Positions 50,072 through 60,900 of a stretch of DNA of 64,000 nt are shown piece by piece. The DNA is from a virus. Position 1 is the stretch's first letter. Each line of letters begins with the position of its first letter. Under the pieces are notes generated by a model, which was not told the DNA's origin, searched no databases, and saw only the letters and a program-made list of their open reading frames with translations. A program made the translations under genes and the position numbers. The stretch covers positions 1-64,000 of IMG/VR virus record IMGVR_UViG_3300020418_000005; one strand, given 5' to 3'.

Positions 50072-51886
50072 TTAGAATTCAATTACTAACTTGATATCTT
50101 CGATCTGGTCAGGTGCACGAGTAATTAGTCTTCTATTCTCAACATAAATTACCTCACCTGAGTTATTTTCAATCTCAGGAGCAGCAAGTCCAGATGAGAA
50201 TGTAACACCTAATAGTGTAGAACCATATGAAGTATCTACGTTACCAGATGCAGTAGAAAGTTCTCCAGTAATTGCATTAGAACCATTAGACTCAAATGCT
50301 TTTACCACACCAGAATCTGTGTGTGCATCGTTTGTTTGGATATACTTAAGAACACCAGCAGTTGTAGAACCACTATCTAATGTCCATGATACAACTGTAC
50401 CATACGCTGTACCACCAGTTACAGTCTGAGTAATTTTCTCATCAACTGTGTAATCTGCAGAAGCACCTGTGATCTTGATTGCTTTCAATCCAGATAATGT
50501 GTCAGCAGTAGCAAATGTTGTAGTACCCCAGTTAAATGGATCTGAAATAATACCTATTCTACGGAAGTCGTTGTCTACAGGGAAGTCTCCAGAACCTTCA
50601 GAGTATGTAAGACGAATGTTAGTCATAACACGCTTACCATTGAGTTCTACTTCTTGATCAGAACCATGACCACCTTCTGGAGCCATGACTACTTCAATAG
50701 CACCAACAGCAGAAGCACCAGTTGTTACAGCAGATGATAAACCAGCATTAGAGAATAGGTTACCATTTCCTAATAGTACGTTACCATAAGTGTAACCTGA
50801 TCCACGTGCTTCGATCTCAGCAGATGTGATTGTACCAGCACCATTTGTTACAAACTTAACCTTACCACCTGTTCCGTCACCTTTAATACTTGTGTATAGA
50901 GTCTGTGAAGCAGGAAGACCTGATCCAGCATTCTCAATAAGTGCAACATCAACTGCACCAGCAACAGCGATACCAGCAACTGCAGTTCTACTTACGTTAG
51001 CAGGAAGAACGATTGGCATAAAGTCTGATGAAAGGAACTTAAGAACATCATCAGTAGGGATAGTATACATATACTTCCAGATGTATCCTGCACCAGTTGA
51101 CTCTGTGTAAAGACCAGTTGCTGAGTCATAGTTTCCACCAGCTACATATGGTTCTTCTGTTGCGTTCTGTCCTGTAGTGTTGCTAGGGTTCTCTCCATTA
51201 TAGAGACACTTAAATACTTCGTAGTATGAGTTCATTACATAGAACTTAGCTTCTGAAATGCTTGTAGCACCAGTTGCAGTTGATTTACCAATCTGTCCAC
51301 CGCCACCAGGTGTAGCAGAGTAATCTGGTTTCCACATATCAAACTTGGGGTTAGCAACTAAATCCCAGTTATAACGGCGGATAACTGTTCTTGCAAAAGA
51401 ATCAGTAATACGTTTGGCAGCAATTAATTCGTCGTATAGAGCAATCTTCTCTCTCTGATTATCTAGAGGAAGTGGTGGAACATCTTCTGTAGCGTAACGA
51501 TATACACCAGAGACTGCTGTAGCACCTGTGTCAGAACCACCAGATCCACCTGTTCTACCTTTTAATGCAGATCCTAGAGGAGGAGCAGAGTTAACACCAT
51601 TACTTCCAAAAACGTCGGTTAATAATAAAGCGGTGTCATATACTGCTGCAACTGTGGCACGAAAAGCAGTTGATCCATATGTACCCACATAGACTTCATT
51701 CCCGACCACGAAAGCCGTAGAGTTCTTGGTATGTATTTCCAGATATGCTTTCCACGGTTGTGGTCTACCCACAAAGAAATACATTCTTGATCTTTCCGCA
51801 CTGGTGTCTGTCGCACCTTCGGTTAAAGATTCTAAAAATTGTTTAGCGTTAAAAATTCTAAACTTATCAGAGATAATAGCAGCCAT
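50072..51886 (-). CDS. g8: Baseplate wedge subunit gp8
   Basis: FYVMNS..VFKCLYN, GYIWKYMYTI, GGHG, NDFRRIGII and YVENR..I.R..DQIEDIKLVIEF motifs. Confidence 0.92.
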   Translation of the reverse strand: MAAIISDKFRIFNAKQFLESLTEGATDTSAERSRMYFFVGRPQPWKAYLEIHTKNSTAFVVGNEVYVGTYGSTAFRATVAAVYDTALLLTDVFGSNGVNSAPPLGSALKGRTGGSGGSDTGATAVSGVYRYATEDVPPLPLDNQREKIALYDELIAAKRITDSFARTVIRRYNWDLVANPKFDMWKPDYSATPGGGGQIGKSTATGATSISEAKFYVMNSYYEVFKCLYNGENPSNTTGQNATEEPYVAGGNYDSATGLYTESTGAGYIWKYMYTIPTDDVLKFLSSDFMPIVLPANVSRTAVAGIAVAGAVDVALIENAGSGLPASQTLYTSIKGDGTGGKVKFVTNGAGTITSAEIEARGSGYTYGNVLLGNGNLFSNAGLSSAVTTGASAVGAIEVVMAPEGGHGSDQEVELNGKRVMTNIRLTYSEGSGDFPVDNDFRRIGIISDPFNWGTTTFATADTLSGLKAIKITGASADYTVDEKITQTVTGGTAYGTVVSWTLDSGSTTAGVLKYIQTNDAHTDSGVVKAFESNGSNAITGELSTASGNVDTSYGSTLLGVTFSSGLAAPEIENNSGEVIYVENRRLITRAPDQIEDIKLVIEF

Positions 51887-51926
51887 TGTTTTTCTGTTCC
51901 GACGTTATTGTAATATGTGCCTGAGT

Positions 51927-51946
51927 TATTTATACGTTTATTTATA
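51927..51946 (-). promoter_or_regulatory. Two tandem perfect late promoters (TATAAATA x2) upstream of g8
   Basis: TATTTATA at 51927-51934 and 51939-51946, within an 11-bp direct repeat TTATTTATACG. Confidence 0.7.
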
Positions 51947-54900
51947 CGATTGATATAGGTACTATCTCAGATCCAGACGCAATCTGATTATCACCATTAT
52001 GTCTAGTACAACCAGTGAAGCTGTTAGCAGTCTTACCAGTATACTTGATTATGCCAGTATATGTACCATTGTTATGTAAAAGATACCCTGTTGTTGGGAA
52101 GTAAGTTGTGTCTTGTACAACAATATCTCCGCCAATAGTTCCTACTGTAGAACTAATAGCAACAGGATTTTGTATTGATGGTAGTGCAAGATTAAACTTA
52201 TCTCCTGCCTTTGTAAAGGTAGATTTTGCTCTATCTACAAAGTCACCAAGAGTTAATGATGGGAAGTATGTTGATATATCAGAGATTGTTAGGTTAGATA
52301 CATCACAGGTTCCATCATCAAATGATATGTACTGCCAGTTTCCTATGTTAGGACCTACAGTAGTCTTAATGTAAGAACCGACATATTCGTTAGTTCCAAA
52401 TTTTTCGTTTCTTATCTCAATAATTGTTCCATCACGTTGAGTAACAGTATAGTTACCAAGAGCATTCTCAATCAAATCAACTTGGTTTTGATTTCTCTGT
52501 TGTACAGGATCATTGATGAATGCTGTTTCCTCATAACCATCTATTGCACCGCCAGGTGGAGGTACGATAAGAACTTCTACTGCTTCCTTAGTAATTTCTA
52601 AATCACTAGGACTGGTTACTTGTCTCTGTACTTTTCTTTCAAATCCAGAATCAACAAATCCAATGTTAATCATCTTAACATCACTTTCAGACTCAACCTG
52701 TAGTAATCCAGCAGATATAACTGTTACATCTTCAATCTGTCTGAGGTATGTTCCTGCAACCCAATCTTGTTCAGTAGTATTTTCATAACCTCTGATAATT
52801 TGATAGAATCTATCAGAAAGTTTCTTATTATAATAGACAATCTCATTACCAACCATCAATCTACCCATAGGAGCAAACTTAAATGTATCAGGAATGTAAG
52901 CGATGGTATCACCAATATTAAAGTCAAGATCCAAGTAAGCAGCATTCTCAAAGTAGTTAACATTGCTAATTGCATTGTTAGGAATCTCAATCTGTTGAGT
53001 TGCTGTGATTGCCTTAGATACAGTAGAAATAGAATTGAGAGATACAATATCTTGAATCTCTGCAGAGACAACAGTTGCTTCGTACGCAGGACCTTCAAAG
53101 ACTTGTACATCAGCAGCTGCGGTTGGTCTATTAGTATTAATTTCTACATAATCTCTTTCTGGGTCTAATGCACCACCAATAGAGAATACCTCTATTTCAT
53201 CAGGAGTAAACTCTCTTTCAAATTGAATCTCTGCACCACCATCAGGTGCTCTTACTGATAATGTACTAATACCTGTAATAGAACTAAGACCAGACTCATC
53301 AATCTCAGTAATGACTGAGAAAGCACTCATTCCACCACTTTCAACAAATGGACTAACCGCTACATTGATTAAAGAAACACCAACTTCCCTATCACTTAGT
53401 ATATCAAATCTTCTAGTTGTAATAACTTTAGGTGCTTTAGTATATCCAGAACCACCATCAATAAGATCAACACTAATAACTTGACCTTTACTTACAAGAA
53501 CATTTGCTCTTGCACCACCACCATTACCATCTAATGATTCAAACTTAAGTACAGGAGGTGTGAAGTATTGATATGCAGTTGGTTGTGTAAGTGGATTATA
53601 ACTACGCTGATTCCATGTAAGAGATATTACAGACCCATTTTCAATTTCTGCAACCACAGAAAGACCTTCTCCTCTCGTAATTCCAGTATAAGTCTCAACT
53701 GAGACTGCACCAAAGATATCATCAGATGTTTGTTCATTAGGTCTTCCATCTTTACTGGTAGTTTCAGTAGGAAGTTTTTTGATTCTCCTAAATTTATCCT
53801 CACCTTCAACTCTAATATTATCTTGATTAGAAAGATAAACAAAAGGTGCTTTATATGTTTTACCATAATTTGTTCCAGACCAATCAGCATTAGCATCTCT
53901 TAATATCTTTCTACCATCAGCATCTTTTTTAAAGTTTAAAATCTCATCTGCTATTTCTCCATCTGTTAGTACAAATGTATTATTATAGTTTCCTTTAGAT
54001 GCAAATGTATAATCTAAACCAGCCTCTATATTAGAGTTATGGCATTTTAGAGTAAACACCACTGTATTTCCAGTTCTGATTGGATTTGTAATCTCACCAA
54101 TTATATTTTTAGTATTATCTGCCCTTGTTTGCCAAACATGAATAGGATTACCAATTTTCTCATTCATCCAAGAATACTTAAGTAAAGTATCCATATTTTG
54201 TTGAGATGCAGTAAATGAGAATGTACCTTGACCAAAATAAGAATCTGGTGCAAAATCATATATGTTTAATATTTGACCTACGTCTCTACCATAGAGATAA
54301 CGTATATCAATTCTCATTTCTTTTTTGATAGAATCATGGAATGTGATGTTAGGACCTGATACTGTATATGCTTTTCCTTTTACTTGCAACACACCATCCA
54401 AGAACACATAGAGACTGTCTTCAGATTCTATGTTTTGTACAGTCATATCTTCCACATCAAGAATTAAGAAAGGACCGTTTCTAACACCATCTACTAAATC
54501 AAAATCAATAGTAAGTCTCTTGTAATTACCTACACCTATACCCACAACTTTTTCTACAGCAGTTGGTTCACCAATAGTCTTAGCACCTAAATCTTGATCC
54601 CATATAGGAGCAACATCAAATTTAACTACGTTAGGAATAACAGTTCTATCAATCCAGTATGCGTCTTGTAAAGGATAATTTTCTGTAAACTTAGGTCTTT
54701 GTAATACAGAATTTATAGTCAAGAATAAATCTTCATCCTCTTCTGTGTCTACTTCAGTATTATCATCCCAATATAATTCAAAATCTGTAGTCTCACCATC
54801 AATATAGTCAGGTAGACTTCTTGTTGTAGATTCTTCTTTGATAGTACCACTCAAATTATCGTATAAAGAATCCATCGCAGAGATTACAGTAGTACACTCT

Positions 54901-57900
54901 TCTGCAGGAAGTAAAGGATCACCAAGTATATTGTAATTAGAATATGTTACTGTGCCAGTCCAATTACCAGACTTATTCTGATTGACTGGTGTTTTCTCTA
55001 TTAGACCACGCCCTTCTGTAAGGATAGTATTGACAATACTATGGTATGTGTTAAGTGTACTCTCTACCTCTGCACATACAGGACTTAGTGAATCTACAAT
55101 AGCATTGGGATCAGTGGTTGGTAACTGGTTTCTCATTGCCTGTACCATTAGATCCTTAGCATAATTAAATGTCGCAACTGTCTCAGTTAGAGATCCAGTG
55201 ATATAATATAATTCTTCTCCATAAGGATATTCTTTCTTCTGATAATATAACTGTGCTGCTTCTACAATTTTGAAGTTACCACCCATCTTAAGATGATACA
55301 CATATGCGTCTAATATGAGACCAATGTCTCTACCACATTTACTACTGATAGTTCCCCAGTTTAATGATGGGTACTGTGCTTGTGCCCATGCGAGTGATGT
55401 AGAAATAATATATGCTCTGTTAGAACTAATCAATTGTCCTGCTTTATAGAACATACCTTTGTTCAATGCACTCCAACCAAACTTAGCTTGTGTTGTACCT
55501 GAGAAAGAAAGAGGTACTGTGACAGTTGCACCAGGTGGCACACTGAATGTAGATCCTAATGGAACTTGTGCAGTGCTAGTAGCAATAGAACCTGTGCTAC
55601 CTGTTCCAGTTACAGGAGTGGTTCCTGCTGGAGCACCTCCACCACCACCAGAGTTTGCTAGTGCTGCATTGTTTAGTGTTATTTGAGTCTCACTATCAAT
55701 AGATACAATCTTAGTTCCTGTTGGATATGATCTACCAGAACTTACAAATAGACCAATAGCAAGATTCTTAGTGCTACTGACAGTCATTGTTTTCTGACCT
55801 TGAACATATTCAATGTTTACATCAACAAAGTCCCAGTTTCTAATTGCAAGTTTTGCTAACCTAGTTGCGTATTCAAATATGTCATTAGACTCTGTTTTAT
55901 AATTCCTGATGTAAAGATAGGCACTACCAGAACTAAAGATAGATGCATAATCAATAGTTTTAACATTACCACCAAATCTTATATCATGTTGATAAGCATC
56001 TAAGATTGCTCTGATGTTTGCTTCATAGTCATCTTGTTTTGTTGCCCAATCTAATGATGGGTGTGTCGCTTTACCATATCCAACAGTCTCATTAACAATA
56101 AACTGCACATTTCTTTCTATTTGATTTGCAGCATCAATCCATGTTCCACCACGTTGGAATATATTTCTTACTTTTTTGAAGTATTTTGTGTTATATTGTT
56201 CTTCTTTAAATTTAAAGACCTTACCATAGAAAGTAACACCAGCAAGAGGTGGTTGAGAAAATACAATACTTCCAGAACTTAAACTATATGCAACGCCAGG
56301 TTCTTGTATAACTCCGTCAAGAGTTACAATCATATTTTTTTGTTTGTTGTCTGCTAGATTAAATGCTACACCATCTTTCTTAGTAGTGAATGTTGTAGTT
56401 CCTTGTAATCTTCCATCATTATCAAAATAACCATCAAATGATGCATCAAGTGTAAATTCAAATATCTCTGCTTCATTAAAATTAAAGTCACTTGTTGCTG
56501 CAGTACCAAAACCTTTACGTATTCTTTGGTTCTCTATTTTTTGTACAGTTTGTGTAACAGTTCTTCTAGAATTCTCAACTGTAATCTTATTCTTATCAGG
56601 ATCCCATAATTGTACAACACTAAAATGTGATGAGTCAGGAATACGTTTCTTAGGTAACTCAACTAAAGAACCTTGATCTGTTGTTTCTAAATTAGCAGTT
56701 GCTTCAAGATCTACTTGACCAAATAGTTTAAATCCAGCAGGGTGTGTAGTAGCTTTAATTAAATCACGCCACTGTTCAATAGATGTTCCTGATTTTATAA
56801 CATAAGAATAGTCTTGATAGAATGTGCTATCCAATATCTTTTGATTTTGTACACCTAGTTTTCCTTTGTCTGATTGATAGTAACCTAAGTTATCATAGAA
56901 ACTAGAAATCTCTTCATTAAATGTAGTTACAAAAACAGATTGAACAATTCCTGATACAGGCATCAATACAGATTCTATAGAAATGTTTTGACGAATGATG
57001 CCAGTAGAATTTGCTACCTTAAGTAAGTTAGATCCAAATCTCCATTCTACTACTGTTGCTCTGAATACTTCTACACCATTAATTTTTTGTACTACTTGCT
57101 CACCAATTCTAAAATTACCATTATAATCTCTAAGAGAAAGAACATAGTTAGAACGGAATGTAGATGATACAGTTTCATCTAAGTGGAATGCTCCACCATT
57201 AGATGTTATCCTTACACTTTGTGGTACACCTATAGTAGTGCTTTCTGCATATGCTTCGACATCACCTTCCACAATGAGAATTTCTGGTGCATATGTGTAT
57301 CCTTTACCTGTTTTTTCTACAGTGATAGATGTAACTTTTCCATCTCTAACTAAAACTTTGAACTTTGCGTCTGCACCATCTGATTTAGTAACTACAATTT
57401 TAGGATTTACATAGTTAGATCCTTCATTTGTAATGTCTACTCCTGTTATTGTCTGAGATGCTGTATCAAATAATACAGTCGCTGTTGCTCTGTAAGATTC
57501 ATTAGGATCAATACCAGTAATAATTGGAACTTTTTTATAATTGAGTCCTAAATTTATGATGCTGACCTTATCAATCTTACCGATAGCAAACTGACCAGTA
57601 GTAGTGTAAGAAATGGATCCAGAACCATCCCATAGAGGAGTGTTGATAACATCATAAACGAAACGATTTGGTGTAACATAATTGATAGTCTTAGTTCCTT
57701 GTAGAGGATCAGTTACTATTTTAAAGTATGCTCCTTCTGCATTTACTACATTCTTATTATCAAAGTAATAGAAGTTTGTAAAATCTGTTCCAACTTTTGT
57801 TTGGTAGTTATTAGTAGCAAGTCTAGAACCAAATCCAAACTTAACATCTGTAAATGCACCAGAGTTGCCAGGTAATACAGTAGATTCTAATTTCTCTACT

Positions 57901-60900
57901 GTAATTAAATTGTAGTTTCTACTTGGACTAATATCAAAGTAAGTCCCAGTGAGACTAGAATGAGACGTATCAAACTTATATTTGTAAAATTCTTGTAGAT
58001 CTATGTTAGGGTTAGGTACAAATGTACTATTGTCTTCTGAGAATTCAAATTTGTATACTACATCTTCAGCAGATCTAACAGAAACTAATCTTTGTGGTGA
58101 ACTTGTATCAAAGAAACTAGAACTTAATACAACCTTATTTGCATTAGTGTTCAATGTTGCATAATCATATACAATGATTATCTTATGTGTTACAGGATCA
58201 TATGATTGTATGTAACCTGATAATGAACCAGTAAAAATCTGATAATTGTTTGTGAAGTTATATTGAGCTTTGTAAAGAGATACTTCTTGTCCATCAAAAT
58301 GATCTACATCTGTAGTTCCTTCTTGTCCTCTTATTACAGAAATATCATTTGCATTAATACCAGAAATTTTTAAAATTTCTTGACCTATTTGTATAAGATC
58401 ATTTTCTGCAAATCCTTGTGCACTATCTACAGTAACTTTTGTTGCACCAGCAGCAATACCAACATGTCCAACATATAGAGTTAATCTTGCTGTTGATGTA
58501 GATGCACCAGACCTTACTAGATCTTCATCAGCAACTGATAGATAATCACCCTGTGCATATCCAACACCAGCATCTTGTATCTGTATGTCAGAAATTACCC
58601 CTGCATCAGAAACAGTAAAGATAGCAGTTGCTCCAGATCCCGATCCACCAGTAAGAGCAACACTAGTGTAAGTACCAGCTGTATAGTCAGCACCACCATT
58701 AAGGACTTCATATCTTCCTATTCCTGTAAAATTAATTTTTGTTTTTGCACTAGGAGGTAATAAAATTGCCTCTTGATATAACCTCTTTCTTACATAGTAA
58801 TTTTTGGTTTTAGTATTATCATTAGGATTAATTTCTATATCTACATTATCTCCAATTCCTAATCCATGTGGTGATGTTGTTTCTATTAAAGCAACACTTT
58901 GATTAACTTCAAACGGATTTAATCCATCACTAAGAGATGTAAGTCTTACAATTCTAGTTCCAGAAGTATTGAACAAATCACTAGACTGTAAGAAATAATT
59001 ATCATCTACAATCCATGTACCTGTCAAAACCTTGATCTGGACTACGTTTTGAGCAGAAGTTCCTTCTAATACCTCAGCAGTTGCAATAGGTGCATTGACA
59101 CCATCAGTCAAACTTAATGTAGCACCTTTTGTATAAGAACTTCTTTGATCTAGTAAAACATCAAATGTCTTAATTGCAGCAGAGAATGTACCAGTATTAT
59201 CAAACGTACCAGTTACATTTTTTAGTACAATTGTACTATCATTCTTAACTGTACCAACAATAGAACCAAATGCACCAGATGAAGGTTGAGTTAATGTATC
59301 ATCTGCAAACAAATATGCATTTTGAATAACTGTTAACTTAACAACCTTATCTTCTTTTGACTGTAAGTAGGATACAGTTTTACCTTTTACAGAAGATATA
59401 ATTGCTTCTGCTTCTGAACCTTGTGTTCCTGTATTATCAAAATATACTTGTGAATTTATAGAGAAGTTAGCAGAAGAATCTACTACTCTAACACTTTCCA
59501 CATTACCCTGTTTTACTTCTTCTATTTGTGCAAGGAATCCATCTCCATTACGTGGCATTCCTGCTTGGTAAAAACGTCTTGCTTTTTTAGGAATATCGTT
59601 TTGATTGATATTAGAATTGTAATTACTATCAACAGGTAACGAGTAAAAATTCTCTCCTAGAATGTATGGATATTGCGGTACTTGATTGCTATCAATAGTA
59701 AGGAAATAAGCATAAGTTCCTTGCGGAAAGTCTGGGGTAATACAAAATCTTCCATTGTTTTCATCTAGTGTGCCACTTTTGTGGGTATAGGTATAGTCAT
59801 TGACAAAAGTTCCAATAGGATATCTTGTCAAATCAGGTCCTTCAGAACGATTACCATTGATAGAATAACTAGATGTCATTCTAATAATAGATGACGTAGA
59901 ATCTAAAGGATTCTCATAACCAAACGCACCATATATTGGATTGCCATCATATGCAAAACCAATTATAGGTGAGTGTGATTTAGATGCTGGTTCTGTTCCA
60001 GCACTGTTTATATTGTCACTGAGTGAGACACGAAGTGCTTTCGGGTTTGCAGCATAACCATAACCATATTCTAGTACGTTATTATAGTTATCAAATACAT
60101 AACCGTTTTCTGTATCTAGTTTAGACTCTAATTTTTTGTATCTATTGAAATTCCATTCTTTAAGAAGAGGTATACCAGTCGCTCCATTACCTACTGGAAC
60201 TATGTCAACTATTACAGTATCTTGACTATAGAAATTACCTTCTGCAATTTTATTAAAACCAGTAATCTGTCCATCAGTATTGACTATTGCTTCAAACTCA
60301 GCAAATCTACCTCTACCAGCATTATCTCTAATTTCAATTTTTGGAGGAGAAGAATAAAACTCACCAGCATTATCAAGTATTAGACTTGTTACCTTACCAC
60401 CAGTAACCACAGCACGAACAGCAGCATTTCTACCAGATGTAATTATTATATCTGGAGTTCTAGGAAATACATCACTGGTGTCTACAGTTATGCTTTCTAC
60501 GACCTGTCCTGCTAATATTGCTCTTGCTTTATTAGGCACTTGATCTATCAATACAAAAGGTGGTCTTACATATCCAGTTCCACGAAGATCAACCTTGATT
60601 TGTTCTAACTTACCATATCTAATGCTTTCTGGATCTTTGTAACCATAGAAAGGTACACCATTTAATCCAATACCAACATCTCTTTTAGGTGTGGGATATG
60701 TTTCTGTAGTTCTAGTTGCTTGCTTTCTAATAATACGAAGAAGTTTCTGATCTAATACTGTTTGATTGACAACAGAACCATCTAAAATTTTATGTGATGG
60801 AAAACTAGAACTAGCAATATAATAATACTGATCGTCAGCAAGTATAGCAGATACATTTGTTGATACTTGATCTAATGATGTAGAGACTGCTGGTAACGTG

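Noticed and set aside
4410-53896. Short alternative-frame minus-strand ORFs nested inside large genes (e.g. 5571-5771, 28648-28968, 52856-53110)
   Set aside because: Leu/Val-rich off-frame translations of Gly/Thr-rich genes, with no independent support.
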